Part shown: positions 29,360 through 44,832 of the stretch, one piece after another
Position numbering within the stretch: position 1 is the stretch's first letter
How the letters are laid out: each line of letters starts with the position of its first letter
Origin: Eledone cirrhosa
Lineage: Eukaryota
Length of the DNA stretch: 64,000 bases
Direction of reading: 5' to 3'
Assembly: GCA_964016885.1 (NCBI GenBank)
Contig: OZ024746.1
Span: 57,474,001 to 57,538,000, forward strand
Notes under the pieces: generated by a model
Told to the model about the DNA's origin: nothing
The model's input: the letters and a program-made list of their open reading frames with translations, nothing else
The model's database searches: none
Translations under genes and position numbers: made by a program

Positions 29360-29360
29360 C

Positions 29361-29393
<33 letters not shown>

Positions 29394-29453
29394 TATATAA
29401 GTATATATGTATATATATATGTATATATATATATATATATATAAGTATATATG

Positions 29454-29517
<64 letters not shown>

Positions 29518-29519
29518 TA

Positions 29520-29569
<50 letters not shown>

Positions 29570-29571
29570 TA

Positions 29572-29640
<69 letters not shown>

Positions 29641-29734
29641 TAAGGTCGGTGCCCCAGCATGGCCTCAGCCGGATGGCTGGAACACGTAAAAGTTCAGATC
29701 TAGCTGTTAAAATGGCAGGAAATGAAAAAAAAAA

Positions 29735-29830
29735 CAGGATTTTTTCATTCTGAGGATTGAAAGCAAAACCTTTTGCTTTTAAGAAACCACTGGTAAATGG
29801 AATAATTGCCTTATGTTGTTTATTACATAA
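29735..29830 (+). mobile_element. Solo pseudo-LTR of the Naiad-type PLE with minimal HHR (29742-29786)
   Basis: Matches 56740-56840; CTGAGGA-TT-GAAA-GCAAAACCTTTTGC-TT. Confidence 0.8.
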
Positions 29831-29832
29831 TA

Positions 29833-29958
<126 letters not shown>

Positions 29959-30479
29959 GTGCGTGTGTGTGTGCGTGTGTGTACATATATATATATAAGG
30001 AAAAGAAATCGAAAATACAAGAGCAATCCTTTAAGAATATTTATTTATTTACTTTACAGGTTTCCTCACTTATGATTTTTAAAAGTAAAATTGAAATTTG
30101 GTTTTTGTTTCTGTTGTGGTTTGTCTCGCATATATATATATATGAATTCGATACTTGGGCAGGGCAATTCGTTTTGTCCTTGAAAAAGAGACTTAATTGA
30201 ACTTTGTTCCAGTTCGTTCGGCTTCAGAAATGAGTTGCTACTTCACTGCTAACAAGCTGTCTCGGCATTCGCCATTTTATTTGACTACTTCCGTGGATAT
30301 TTTAGAAAGTATATGAGAGTTCTAATGATAGGTAATCTCTAGTTTATCTGTAAATAGACAAATACCTTAAATGATATAAGTGAAAAGGGAGGTAAGTATA
30401 AAAAAAATTAGGCAACATGTTTTCCCTGGCGTTAAGTTGTAAAGTCGACGAAAATAAATTCAATTAATCTGGTCTAGAC

Positions 30480-31020
30480 TGTATAGTTTTAGAACGAATT
30501 TTGTTTCACGAGGACAGTGACTGAAGTAGTCAAGGCAAGTATAAGCAACATTTCCCTGAAGCCTGTTGTGAAATTATATTCCACATCTTCGAATTATACA
30601 GCGAACAAAACTTTTTATCTCATTTATGTAGTGAGTGGATTTTCCTAACATCGACCATGGATTACGTTGTGCCGTTATTTTTTAGCCTATATATATGATT
30701 CACGAGCTGAAAGGTATGTTGTTTGTCAGGATGGTTGAATGTGTTTTATGGTTCCAGAAAAGGCACTTCAGCTGAGTAATAGGCATTCCCACTTAAATAG
30801 AGACTTCAGGGTGTTGTTTCTGGTTGATGGGGGTCAATTCTGCTTCATATATCACCGCTGGAGTGTTGCACTGTTGATCTAGGAGGAATGCCTCTGGCCA
30901 TCTGCTTGAGGATCGGAAAGATGGAAGGGTTTTGCGTTTGTTGGTGATTCGGTATTTCGTCTTTTTGGTACACGAGTAGACTATTTTCACTGTGTGGCGG
31001 TTGAATGTTTGCAAATACAT
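30480..31020 (-). pseudogene. Highly degenerate Naiad-type PLE thumb/GIY-YIG fragment
   Basis: TFNRHTVKIVYSC and LDQQCNTPAVIYEAEL match IFNRNVVKISYSC and LQGKCNTKSVVYEAKI of the 53768 ORF. Confidence 0.7.
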
Positions 31021-32003
31021 ACAAACACACGCATTATGATAGTTGATTTGCATATTCTGATGCAAGTCAGTACACATGTAATACATTTTAAATATTCGTT
31101 CAATTTATTCATTTTCTTCTTTATTTATATCGATTTTAATACGCTTTTTATGGTAAAGTATTTCAGAAAATATTTTCAATTTTTGTTTTTAATATAATTT
31201 TACAAACATTGAATATTCGGTGATTTTAAATACATTTACATAATCAAATACTGTACTCACTACAATTATCTCAACCAGTGTGGTAATTAGGTTAGCAAGT
31301 GCTGTGACTGCCTTTGCAGAAATCAAAGACCAATGATGTGTGAAGCGTGGTTGGACATTAGTCATTAAGGCTACTGAATCAAGGAATTATATTATAACGT
31401 TTGAAAATTCGTTGTTCGTTATTCAACGTCCTCAGGGAACCGTTACTTTCATTTCTCGGCATGATATTGAGTAGAAAATAAGCTGAACTAATTACAATAG
31501 CGTCTATCTACATTTTTTTAATTAATCACTCGTATTGTTTAGATTCATCCTTGAAACCAATGTTATTCAATGGCGGAAGGTTTGAAAATGATAGACTACT
31601 TTTGTGAAAAGCTAAAATGTGTGCTTCATGCATATATTCGATATGCATCAATGGAACACTCTCGGTAAACAAGTCACATAGTGTAAGGAAAATCGTTCAC
31701 ATCAAGCAAGGAATAATAAATGGAAAGGGAATTTGACAGTTTTCTTTTGTTTAAGAAGAAGAAGAAGAAGAGTTGGTTACTAAATTCTACAAAGTCACCC
31801 TGTTTAACACAACCAACTGGTCCTTGCACGGCTTTAGTAAAATTGGAAGCATTCGAATGAGTCCTCCTGAGAAACATAGGCACTAAATCTTTCCTGATAT
31901 AGCTTTTTCTAACATGAACTATACGATGTTTAATTAAGTTTCTAATGATGTAATTCATAAGCTTTTTTTTAAAAAGTTTACCGAGATTTTTGGATGCAGT
32001 AGT

Positions 32004-32095
32004 CTTTGCCTTTCACCCTTACGGGGTCGATAACATAAAGTACCAGTAATGCACTGGGTATTGGCTGGCTTTGTGCCTAAGGTAGAAACAATTAT
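32004..32095 (+). mobile_element. Octopus-type SINE 3' half
   Basis: Matches consensus. Confidence 0.8.
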
Positions 32096-32993
32096 TTTAT
32101 ATATGTATGAACACTTATCTGTCAGTAGAGTTGTAAGGATGTCGTCGTGACATACAGCGTGTCTCGGATAATTAAAATTATACTGAGTCCATCACCTCTC
32201 TATGTCTGCGTCTGCACACAGCTGATTTCTTCGAGAGAATGAGAGCGAGAAGGAGAGAGAGTAACTGAGAAACAGAATAAATGAAAGTCTACCTAGGAAG
32301 GATTTGAATAAGACAGATGTAACAGCTAGAACGAATACCACAATGAATACATCCGATGCACTACCGACTCTGCCAATACTCTGCCTCGTAATATTTCATA
32401 TGTTGTATTTACTATGAGTATTCCGAAACATATGATTGCCTTATTACTATTCTCTGCAACTCTCCGCCACAAAAGACTCGTAGTAGGCACATGCTTTAAA
32501 CAGCTAACTAGGCTAACTGGGTATTAAATTAATTCCAGTTTTGTTTCATGTCATTTCCATGGTGTTCCTATTGAATAATAATTCGCTTCTTTATTCCATA
32601 TTCAGACCTGGTATGCTTCTGTTTATTCTGAGCAATCAACCTAAAGCTTAATTTCGTAAAACACACGTACGCATACACACTAAAACACCCACACATATAA
32701 ACACGCACATACGCCCTCGCACACATACATACGCACAACCACACACACACACGCACGCGCGCACACACACATGTATATTCACAGACATACTAAACACATA
32801 TACACACACACATCCCCCACACACAAACACACATACTCACACACATACACACTCACTCACACATACACAATCACACACAAACACACACACACACACAAGC
32901 ACATGCATATTCACAGAGTTACTAACCACATATAGACACACACATACACACGCCACACAAGCACATCGCATGCATATTCACATACGTATTAAC

Positions 32994-33028
<35 letters not shown>

Positions 33029-33599
33029 ACATACACACATACAGTTACACACACATATCAAATGCATGCTCGTGAAAAAGAAACACAATTACCACACACA
33101 TAACTATACATACGCACATGTAGACGTACACATTATAGAAACCTACACACTCACGCGCACATACAGACACCCACACACACACACACACAAACACCCATAC
33201 ACACACACACACAAATACACCCACACACACAGGCGCACACACATACACACACATACACGCACCCAACACAGACACACCCATACACAGACGCACACACACG
33301 CACGCATACACACCCACACACGCGCACACACATAGACACACATACACACACACACATACACATACAACCATACACACGCACTCAAACAACCTCCCCATCC
33401 TCCAGTTCTGGGATTTAGTCAAACAAGAAAAACAAAACCAAAAATAATAAAACAAGTTGTTTAGCATTTCTATTTTTTGCGTCTTCATTCCTTTATCTTC
33501 AATTATCGAAATTGCAAATTCATCCATCAACGTGCCCACGCTTCCTATCATATTTCTTCCTCTTCTTTTTAGTTGACTGCGCATGCTCCTACTCCTGCT

Positions 33600-33722
33600 C
33601 AATGTTGTTGTTGTTGTTGTGGTTGATGTCGTTGTTGTCGTTGCTGTTGTTGTTATTGTTGTTGTTATTGTTATTGCTGTTGTTGTTGTTCTCCTTCTTC
33701 TTCTTATTATTATTATTCGTAG

Positions 33723-33753
<31 letters not shown>

Positions 33754-33865
33754 GCTGCTGCTGGTGCTGCTGCTACTACTACCACCACCAGCACCACCAC
33801 CGCCACCGCCACTACTACTACTACTACTACCACTACTACTAATTCTACTACTACTACTGTGACTG

Positions 33866-33906
<41 letters not shown>

Positions 33907-34005
33907 GTTATTGCTGATGTCACTCCGACTAATTTTCAATCTTACCCTCTTCATTTTAATAATATTAGTAATATTAACACCACTACTACTACTACTGCCG
34001 CTATT
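33600..34005. repeat. Compound trinucleotide array (TTG)n-(CTA)n-(CTG)n-(ACC)n
   Basis: Seen directly; gives poly-V/T/S/L ORFs in several frames. Confidence 0.9.
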
Positions 34006-34526
34006 ACCAGAGCTGAATATCGGATGCATTAGTAATTAGTGTTAATTAAATATGATTTACGCATGATATATATATATATATATATACACAGATATATATA
34101 TAAATGTGTATATATATATATATTGTTATACTATAATATATTATATTATATGTGTGTATGTCATCTATTTGATGTAATTACATGTAAGAGAAGAGTTTGA
34201 GTAAACTACAGCGGTTTATCAATTAATTTTAACCCAGGATTTTTTTCCCTAGTAGGAGACGGAAAAGGCACACTCGTTCCCCAATCTATTTGCTATTCCT
34301 TGGTGAGAATTAGGCCTGGACTGCCTTTAAAAAAAACATCTGTTTATTTGGGTTAACCTCCCACGGTTACCGGTATTATCAACAGATGTAAGTACGAGAC
34401 AATCTTCAACACCAAAAAAATTAACAAGATCACCACCAAAAATACAAACATCACCGCCACTACTAACATTACCACAACTCTTACCAATGACAAGCAAAGA
34501 CAACAACAAAACTCAAATAAACCCAC

Positions 34527-34812
34527 GTGGATTGGCAGAAAGTACCAGTAATCCACTTGGATAATTGTTGGCCTTGTGCCAAAAGTTGAAACACTTATGA
34601 TGGGTGGTGGATTGGCAGTATCGGTAGAGTGTCGGACGCCATGCTTTGCAACATAGAGTTACGGTCATTTACGGTTTGAGTTCAAATTCTGCCGATGTTA
34701 ACTTTGCCTTTCATCTTTACGGAGTCGATGAAATAAAGTACCAGTAATATAAATAAAGTACCAGTAATATAAATAAAGTACCAGTAATATAAATAAAGTA
34801 CCAGTAATATAA
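34527..34812 (+). mobile_element. Two SINE copies, the second ending in a 4x 20-bp tandem (AAATAAAGTACCAGTAATAT)
   Basis: Internally deleted copy 34527-34600; head at 34602; tandem 34731-34812. Confidence 0.8.
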
Positions 34813-35780
34813 GTCAAGTAGAAATAATTATCAACACGAACACGATTAACACCACGAGCAAAATCAACAATCTAATCTGATCTGGCCGAGTTCACACTCG
34901 CAAATAAGAACCCAAGCCGCCGGCAGGAGCATTGGATTTGGTGTAACACAAGTAATATCTATAAGACCAACACAAACAACAAAGACATAATTAACTACCA
35001 ACAACAACAACAACAAAAGCCATAACAACTGGCAATACCAACACAACCATAAACAAAAACAAAATAAAACAATTCCTTACCCCCACTAACAAAACAACGC
35101 CAGTGACAAAAGCAATATCTTTAATAATTCCAAAATTAACACCAGCACTAACAACATCACCAGTTATAACAGCAAAACACCCAACAACAAGAAATCAGAA
35201 CAAACATCATCGACAGAAAATTATAACAAAACCTTCTCTATCAATACTAACATCTAAAGTTGACTACTGAGTGGATTTGAACCAGTGTAACTTCGACAAC
35301 AAATGCTAACTTCCTATCACATGGTCTATTCTATGCAGAATATATCTGAATAAATGAACAGCGACATGTTGAATATAGGTTATATGTATATTATTTGCTA
35401 GATATAGCAACAGGTTAATTCAGAGGTCATCGTATTAAGATAAAATTGCTGATCTGTAATCGCGTGCTAAAAGTTTTCCTCGCAAATATAAGATTCTGTT
35501 TAATGATAAGTTAGTATCAGGTAGCATATCAACGTATACATATTATCTTTTTGGCTCGTGCACGCATGTAATACATCCTCATACATACGCCATTAATGGT
35601 AGAATTTCGAGTCAAACAATAGCCGCATCTATTTAACCCTTTTGATATCAAAGCAACTGAAACCCTCATCGGTTTTACGATACAAATGTGGTTATTTTCA
35701 GAGAATATATTAACAAAATAACAAAATATCATAATTTTCTGTAGGAAACCTCGATAAGTTATATTGAAAACACTAAACTT

Positions 35781-36555
35781 GATAATTGTTTCTACTTTAG
35801 GCAATAGGCCAGCAATTTGAAGGGAAAGGAATATACGATTTTATCAAACAGAGTGCGTTACTGTAATATTATGTTTACGCTCGGTGGAGTTTGAATTCAG
35901 AACATACAGGGACTTAATTATATGCTGAAAATCATGCTGTCAGACTTTCTACCAGTACCGCCAATCCACAGCTCAAACATCAATTCAATAGTTGTTTCTA
36001 ATTTTAGCTCAAGGCCAGCAATTTAAACGGAAGAGGTGAGTCGATTAAATCGACAGCAGTACCTTATTCTGTCGAACGTGTAATGATGACAAGCAAATCT
36101 AACTTCGGAGGGATTTAAACTCAGAACGTAAATGGCAGTAACTCTATGTCGTTGAGCATACATAGAATACATGCGACCCTGTAGAAGCACACGTGTACCC
36201 CCCACAAGATTTTTACAGCTCGAGCATCTTTTATCTTCGTAAAATTAGTTGTAATGTGCGTAATTAGTTGTCGTGTGTGGCCCTCAGACAACACAAATAT
36301 TACCTATGTGGCCCTCGGGAGACCCTCACTTTGACATGCCTGTCGTAGAGCATCTTATCCGACACTCGACTGGTGCTGCGAATCCAATAATGATTTCTGA
36401 TTTACGCAAAAGGTAAATAGTTTTGGGGGTAGAGGAAGTCGATTAAATCAACCAGAGTACGTTACTGGTACCTACTTTCTCGACCACATAAGAAAGTCAA
36501 AACTAAATTCGTCCAGATTTGAACTCAGAAAGTTAAGGTATGCGACTCTGTGCGG
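35781..36555 (-). mobile_element. Cluster of old diverged SINE copies plus a hAT-MITE-like end (36270-36341)
   Basis: Diverged consensus blocks; GTGGCCC repeats followed by TTTGACATGCCTG resemble a hAT/Charlie TIR. Confidence 0.55.
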
Positions 36556-37542
36556 CAGGCAAATATTATTATCTACACAAGGAAACAAACTAAGCATAAT
36601 TTTACAGACGACTTATTTATCCCCTATCAAATGATCCCTTCTCAATTCCAATGCAAATATCTATATGAAAGGAATATATAATAAAAGCAAAGGAAGATAA
36701 CTCCTAATTGATAGTAGAATGGAGGAATCCCACTTCGACAAATTTGAAATATATACCAGTTTATCCAACAGCAAAATAAAAGCCGGCTTCGGGGCCAAAC
36801 TGTATGATCAAGAGTTTGTAGAAAGAGCTTTTGGTAGCAAATCTGTTTATTATCTCTTGACACAATTCTCAATTTCCAGGATGTATAGGACTAAAATATT
36901 AAAGATATTATCAGAAGCAGACGAACAGATGTGAAACTGGTTCTAGTCAATGAGGAAAAGAAACAATCATCATACTGCATAAATGTCATACATACCAGAC
37001 ACCGATAGACAAATGTTTAAAAGGCCTCACCGGGACACCCAGAAGTCATGAACTGGTTGGAACCCAGTCGTTTAGAGTTTAAGTGCCCGAAACCTTTACA
37101 TAAGGAAGCATCTTCTCTGATGATCTTTTATTGTCTAAATTTCTGTGCGATTCTGATAAACATAAGTAAATAGTTTATATATCTTTAAAATTATTATCGT
37201 TTAAACAACAAGACAACATTCTTAGCCTTTTATTATAAAACTACGTCGTGTATATCAAATTTCTATTCCTTAATTTCAGTGCAATTTTCATCTTAAGGAA
37301 AAAAGCAGAAACATCAAAGAAAGACTCCAATTATTTTACCAAGTCTCCCGAGTCTCTTAGTAATAAAATTAAATAAAAATTGACGACAAACTTCAAATTT
37401 TATTCAGGTGTGAAGGCAATAATCAGAGATATAAAAACAAGCGAACGTACTTAAGTAACTAAACAAGTTCTTCAAAGACAGAATGTAAACGATAAAAAAC
37501 ATGAGAAAGCAATAAGAACAATTTTTTTTATTATTACGCTCA

Positions 37543-37757
37543 GTGGATTGACAGTATAGGTAGAGGGTCGGACGCCTTGCTCTGCAGCGTAGAGTTACGG
37601 CCACTTATGATCTGAGTACAAATCCCGCCGAGGTTAAATTTGCCTTTCATCCTTATGGGGTCGATAAAATAAACTACCAGTGACGCACTGGAGTCGATTT
37701 AGTCGACTGTGCCCTCCCCCAAAATTGCTGGCCTTGTGCCTATATAAGTAACCATGA
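37543..37757 (+). mobile_element. Octopus-type SINE (long variant)
   Basis: Matches consensus. Confidence 0.85.
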
Positions 37758-39084
37758 TGCTCAATGACGAATATAATACAAACGTTTTAAAAACCTATAC
37801 TACAGAAGATAGTTTTCATGATGCAAGCCCGGAGAAGATGTTTTGTGGAAGACAGGCTATCACACATTGATGCCAGACATTTCCACATTAGTGGTGTCCC
37901 AAAACATTTCTTATAGTGGAGTGGACTGAATGAACATGAAATATAGCGTCAGGCTTAAGGACACAACACACCGTGTGGTCTATGAATCGAATAGTCATTT
38001 ATGAGACAAGCATAATAGCAAAGCCATCTAAATGAAGCTCACACAAGCACACACGATCACACAGGTATTTGAAAAGACTAGTTAACAAGCCAATCCCGAT
38101 TACAAGCTGAAAGTGAGTGATTTATATTTATGAGTTCGATTCCTTGCTGTGTGTTGTATGAGCACTTTGTAATTGAACATTTTATTTTTCATTGCTCAAA
38201 TTAAATCAGCAGAAAACATAAATTGTAGCTGTGATTCCAAGTGCAGTCTTGTCTCATTGAGCTACACTGAATCTTCCTGGGAATCACGTCATGAATACAG
38301 AAGTCTATGAAATGCACTCAGCCATTTGTGTGATAATTTTAAGAGCAGGTTGTTCCGTTGGTCAAATAACATGAACTTCCTTTGTGTAAACTAATGGATG
38401 TCCAACACATAATGTCAGAACATGAAGGGACCCAAAATTATCATAATTCTTTACGTACATATATTTCAGGCTATAGTATACATCAAACATGATATTTTAA
38501 AAGTAAGAATATAAAAAGGTTTTAACGGGTAAACATAAAATATACGAATGGGGTAGCATAGATTGGATGTTACAAGTTCTTATATAATTAACATTTTGCG
38601 TCTTTATGTACACTGGAAGAAATTAGCCAATCTAGAGTCGTTAGCACGCGGTATACAATCCCTCGAGGCATTCATTCAAGTTCTCTACGTTAAAGTCTCA
38701 CTTATGCCAACTTTGACCTTCGTAATGTCGATCTGATAAACAAAGTACCAGACCAGAGCATATCTTCTGCCCCTCTGTCCTTGTTTATAGAACTGGGTAC
38801 AGTTCATATCTGTAGATCAGTTGACCCTAAATTGGAGTTTAAGATGATAGTATTAGAGGAAGAAAGAGACTTTGAAGAGGTAGTAAGAATTGAAAAGGGG
38901 AACAAAAATTAATAACAACAAAGAGATGTAGAAGATGAAAGTTAATTTCCTAATAGGCATATTTATCTCCCTAGTAATAATCAAATTCCAACGAGTATGT
39001 TTTAGGAATTAAATGCAAATGAAATTAAATTATATCAATACAGATATACAGCTTAACATTATGAAGGTTAGGATAGGATTGATT

Positions 39085-39400
39085 ACAACAAACAAGATAT
39101 TGTTATAATTGAGAAAAGTGAGAGAACTTCTGTTCTCTTAGGTGTAGCGTGTTGATTATATCTTAACAATAAAAAGAGAAAATGTATGGGTTTATACCGA
39201 CTTCAAATGTAAAATCGTGAAAAACTTGAGTAATAAAGTGAAGACTGCCACCATTCTTCCAGTGTTGATTGGTGATCTTAGCAAGGTGACACAGAACTAG
39301 TTATCGAAGTCAGAATTTGCACCAGGGATTGAACCGTTGCAGGTCTGGATTATCAGCAGTTGTGAAATGACAAGGAATGATATGAAAAAGTTGCAGTTAC
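39085..39400 (+). pseudogene. Degenerate R4/Dong-like LINE restriction-like endonuclease end
   Basis: QDIVIIEK...ILPVLIGDL resembles the PDIVI..VPVVIGALG motifs. Confidence 0.4.
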
Positions 39401-39487
39401 CATGGATTACTAATTGTAGCCAAGTATTCACTAAAATAAACGACAAAAATCAACATCAAAGTAAGTCATTGTAAACAAACAAAGGAA

Positions 39488-39965
39488 TAATGATTTCTAC
39501 ATTAGACACAAGGGCAGCAATTTGAGGCTAGGGGAAAGACGATTAAATCGACTGGTGCTTTATTTTAAAGAAAATAAATAATTGTTTCTACTTTCGGCAC
39601 AAGGCCAGCAATCATCGCAGTGCATTACTGGTACATTATTGTATCGACCCCGTAAGGATGAAAGGCAAAGCTAACCTTGGCGAGATTTGAACTCAGACCG
39701 TAAAGAACTGTAACTCTTTTTTTGCAAAGTATGGTGTCCGACCATTTACCGATACTGCCAATCTACTGCCCTTCATAATTGATTCTACTTTTGGCACAAG
39801 GCCAGCAATTATTACAATGCATTACTGGTTCTTTATTTTATCGACCTCGTAAGGATGAAAGGCAAAGGCCTTCTCAGCTGGAATTGAATTCATACCGTAA
39901 AAGGCCGTAATTCTATGCCGCAAAGCATTGTGTTTGACCCTCTACCGATACTGCTAATCCACCAC
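39488..39965 (-). mobile_element. Three tandem/nested SINE copies
   Basis: Consensus repeated at ~39490, 39578 and 39776. Confidence 0.85.
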
Positions 39966-41930
39966 AAACAAATAAATGATAATAATAAATATTATTATTA
40001 TTTCTTCATTGGCCACTCGGGCCGAAACATAAAGGATAGAGGCAGAGGAGATTTACATAAAACGTGTAAAAATTAAAACAGATAAAGTTTCACAATGAAT
40101 TAATTACAATGACTTTTTTTCTGAATAGGGGCGAGTACAACCCACGGCTAATTTAGGAACACCAGTGATATCATAAAACACCATAATCACCAAGAGCACC
40201 ATCGGGTGTTTAAATTTACTTCTTTCTAAACTCTCCAACCTGAAAGCCAATGCTTACAATAGGCTCATTCTCTCGGTCATCCTCGCTAATACACCCACCT
40301 TTTAACAAATGTACGGGGGAACAGCACATCCCTCTCCACTCTCAACTTCATTTCCAAGTTCAAGGGCATGTAATTCCTGGCAAGAGTCAGCATGATATAA
40401 TATTTGTCCATTCGGGCTCATTGAATCAATGGTACAACTGAATGGACGGGGCACAACGTGCCACTAGGAAATTAATTCATGACATTATGATCATGACCTG
40501 ATCAAAGCTAACTAAAAGCCATGCATACGCCGTCACTCTCTATTATCATTGCTTTTTCTTGTGTTCCTTCATATATCAACCTAAAGCTTACTCTTCTCAA
40601 CATATTATCACCACGAAACAACTAACGGATAATATAATCTTCAGTTTCAGTATTGGTCTACACGTATTTTCAATTTCTGTACTTAATTAATGTATTATGT
40701 AATTGCCACTATAATTAGTTTCTTACTTATTCAATCTATCTGGAAATTATTAAGTAAAAAATAAAATTTAAATACAGTTTTATGTAGTACCGAAAGTTAG
40801 TGCAACATATAAATTTTAGAATTACGAAACTGTTCGGAAAATATACAAAGATAATTAATATTTCGATGCGATCATTATTTAAACTCAAGACAGTATAATT
40901 AATGACGAAAGATTGCATGAATCAAAATGATTAATTCGCATAAGATAAAGATATTTCTATAGATTAAATAAATTGTTTATCTCTATAGATTTAATAGATG
41001 GTAGGATTTATATATCTTAATTCACACCTGCCTGACAATAGAATTATTAACCGTTCGATATCCTCCCGACCTTATAGAATGTTTTGTTGTTGTAATCTTT
41101 TTTTTTTTTTTTTTGCATTATACTATCAGCTCCTAGTTTGGAAGTCATCTATAAATATTTCCGATTTACGTAGCAGAAAATATTGTTCAGACGATTTATG
41201 AAATGATGTGGTAAACTGGTGTAGAATACGAAACAAAACATATTACAGAAGTAGTAACAACACAATTTTGGCGGCACCGAGAAAGATAGATTACCTGCCT
41301 AGAGGAATTTTCTGGTTACCGCGTCTCCAGATAAATAGAAACACGGAATATAAAATTGCCCTACATCTGGACTTGAAGAGAGCTTCATGAGTTGTATAAT
41401 CCCAGTATGAAATCATCGGCTATGCATCCACTCTGGTATGAAATCATTGGCTATGCATCCACTCTGGTGCCATTAGACACCATCAGGTGTAATGAGTGTC
41501 GCACTTTAGACAATTTCTTTGGAATGCCAAGATGGTTGTTTTGTGGTATTGCAGAGGGGTGTATGGAGTGAATGCAGGGTGCGTGTATCTTTCAGATATT
41601 TCGTCTGATACCGATAACTCATTTCTTAATTATATCGATGCGACGGCTGCAAATCGCCTGAATGTACACGGTCTCCTCGTTGGATATACTCTCGGGATAT
41701 TTACGTTTTGATGTCTTGCGTTAATATCCGACTAATTGGTTTAGGTTGGCTTAGTTTAGAGATTTATATTTAAATAGAACTCGTTGAAAATATCAGTAAA
41801 TTCCTCACACATTTAATAGGTGTCGGTTCAAATTGCAGACCTGTCAACTCTCACCCTCCGACGAGGATATCTCCACCCCCTTCGAGGTGGGTGAGATATC
41901 TCTTCTCTTGTGAAAATGTGTATAGCTTTC

Positions 41931-42140
41931 ATTATGTAAAATGTAATGGTGGATTGGCAGTATCGGTAGAGGGTCGGACGCCATGCTTTCCAGCATAGTT
42001 ATGTCCCTTTACGATCTGAGTTCAAATCCCGCCGAGGTTGACTTTGCCTTTCATCCTTACGGGGTCGATGAAATAAAGTACCAGTAACGCACTGGGTAAT
42101 TGCTGGCCTTGTGCCTAAAGTAGAAACAATTATGTAAAAT
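41931..42140 (+). mobile_element. Octopus-type SINE with 12-bp TSD ATTATGTAAAAT
   Basis: TSD at 41931-41942 and 42129-42140. Confidence 0.9.
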
Positions 42141-42954
42141 CTTTCCAATTTATCTCATTTCTCTACATTTGGGGGCTTTTTCTTTTTCATGTTACTCTCC
42201 GTTTGGGCTTTTAGCGGTTGGTGTGTCTGAAAGTGTCTGTCAGTCAAATCTGTAGATGCCTGAGATATTGAAATGATGCGTTTCTTGCGGATTTATAGGA
42301 TAAATAATAGAAGAACTGCAAACACAGCTCGTTCCATGCTCCCAATTGAAACGCTTGGAAAGGGTCATCCTCTATTTAGAAATAGTAAACTTCCTCACTA
42401 TTGATCTTATCACCATAACATCAATATGGCTTAAAGAAACAAAGCTTATATATAGAGAAATAAAATAAGCTACCGTACTGATGATATCACAGTGTATGGT
42501 ATGGATTTTACACACTCACCACATTATACTACGTATCTCATGTATTATTTGTATTAATTGAAAACATTCTCCAAAAATAAATGGTTTGGAATATATCAAC
42601 GTGAATTGGTATCAAATGAGAATCAGGAACCAAATCTAATGTTTGTTTATTTATTTTACTTTATTTATAGACAAATATTTATCTCGTTCTCCCCATCTAC
42701 TTTGAGATGATTACCACACAATTTTTACCTTAGCACAAAGTCTAAATATTCTTATTGTGATGGAATCGTTCCAGTATTTACAATGCCAAAGACGGCAGCA
42801 GCAGAAAACTGTCTTTTGAAATAGTTATTACTATTTGTATAATTTATCAAACGTCTTTCCTATCCAAAACGGAAGAAAGATAAATACAACAAACTAAACA
42901 GAAAAAGATATTACACATAAAATCACACATACACGCTTACACATATACTCAGAC

Positions 42955-43220
42955 ATACATACTTTCATACACACATACATAAATATATACATATTTACAT
43001 ACGTTCGTACATACATAAATCATACATACACATTCATACATACATACATAAATATATACATACTTACATACGTTCGTACATACATAGATGCATACATACA
43101 TATTCATACATACATACATAAATATATACATACTTACATACGTTCGTACATACATAAATACATACATACACATTCATACATAGATACATATATACATACT
43201 TACATACGTTCGTGCATACA
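42955..43220. repeat. ~70-bp minisatellite, 4 copies
   Basis: ACGTTCGT anchor at 43001, 43070, 43140 and 43206. Confidence 0.85.
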
Positions 43221-43358
43221 CACTCAAGCAAATAAATACTCTCATACACGTGAATATCTATGCGTGTTTATGGTTTACATCTATGTATACACATACATAT
43301 ACGTATACACATACATATATATGCATATATTTGTCTCTCTTTTATTCTCTCTGTCTAC

Positions 43359-43455
<97 letters not shown>

Positions 43456-43509
43456 TTATCCGTGTGTGTGTATATATACATAAATCCACTTTGATTACAC
43501 ACACACACT

Positions 43510-43542
<33 letters not shown>

Positions 43543-44344
43543 ACACACACACACACAGACAGACACACATATATATATATGTATGTATTTATATATACAA
43601 AGACACTGATATACACATACATGCACACATATTAAACATATCGAATATATTTCTTTGCTCTGTGATTAATGATCATAATAACATACATTATAGTTCGTGA
43701 GCTTTCTCTCTATTGATTTAGACCTACAAATATTGTAAGGAAAAAAGAAAATCACGAAAACAATAATAGCAACAACAAATACTAAAAATACAAAAAAAAA
43801 AAAAACAAAACAACAAAAACATAGAAACAGACAACAAAACAACAAAAACCCGTGGTCAATATATCACAGCTTGTATGAGTAAAGTGTTGTTATATCAACA
43901 TAAATCTTGAAATCTTTCTGTCAGTTAAACTGCTAGAGAAAGAAAGATGTGGAGATGTTGATAATACGTTGGGTTGGTGGTTTAAAGAAAGACCAAGAAA
44001 CGAAGAAGAGAAAGAAAGAAGAAAATAAAAAAGAAGGAAAGAATGAAGGAAGGAAGAACGAAAATAGCCATATATTTTCCTCCGCCGTCGTCTTCTTTTC
44101 TGTTCTGCAAGTATATTGTGAATTTAATAAATATATGTATGTTGGTTTGGCAGCGAGACTTTAAATTAATTAAACTACACATATGGTAAAATAAAGTCTA
44201 TGTGTTACACTCACATACTCATGACACCTGCTCATACAAACGTTTACAGATACACAGACGGAGACACACACAGACGGACATACACAAACATATGCATGCC
44301 AATATAAGTCTGTATATATATATACACACACTAGCCATGTCTTT

Positions 44345-44750
44345 CCTCGTGTGCGTTTTTCATAATCACGCATGATGGTGATCTAGCCTGTTTTAAAATT
44401 CCCTTTTTGGCATATTAATCTGTGAGAATCCTGGTTATCGAGTTGAGCTCTGCTGAGGATTAAATTCCAACCGTGACCATCTCCACTGAAAGTTTTCATG
44501 AAATAGTCTTTAAAACTATACAGAGGATTTGAAGTTTTTCCAAATTGAAGGATGAGTATTTTAAACTTTATTTTATCATGAGTGAAGGCTCTATTGATTT
44601 TTCCCTGGATTTCACTAAATTATGTGGATGAATTTATATCCTGATTCTCTTTGAGATGAGTTTGAATTATTTTTCCCATGTTGACGCTATAGTCACTTAT
44701 AGATTATGGAGTGCTGCTGGCTTTTCGCTGCAGTGATTTCTATACCTTTC

Positions 44751-44755
<5 letters not shown>
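44345..44755 (+). mobile_element. Family G element with HHR-like motif (44447-44526)
   Basis: Inverted homolog at 58357-58800; GCTCTG-CTGA(G/C)GA...TA-CAGAG. Confidence 0.7.

Positions 44756-44832
<77 letters not shown>

Noticed and set aside
33045-34032. 292-aa Val/Thr-rich and mucin-like ORFs
   Set aside because: Compound trinucleotide and CA repeats open on both strands; no signal of real coding sequence
34731-34812. CRISPR-like 20-bp repeats
   Set aside because: No spacers; a tandem slippage of SINE sequence in eukaryotic DNA
41850-41925. CCGACGA + hairpin + GAAA
   Set aside because: Mutated core and no stem I or III pairing
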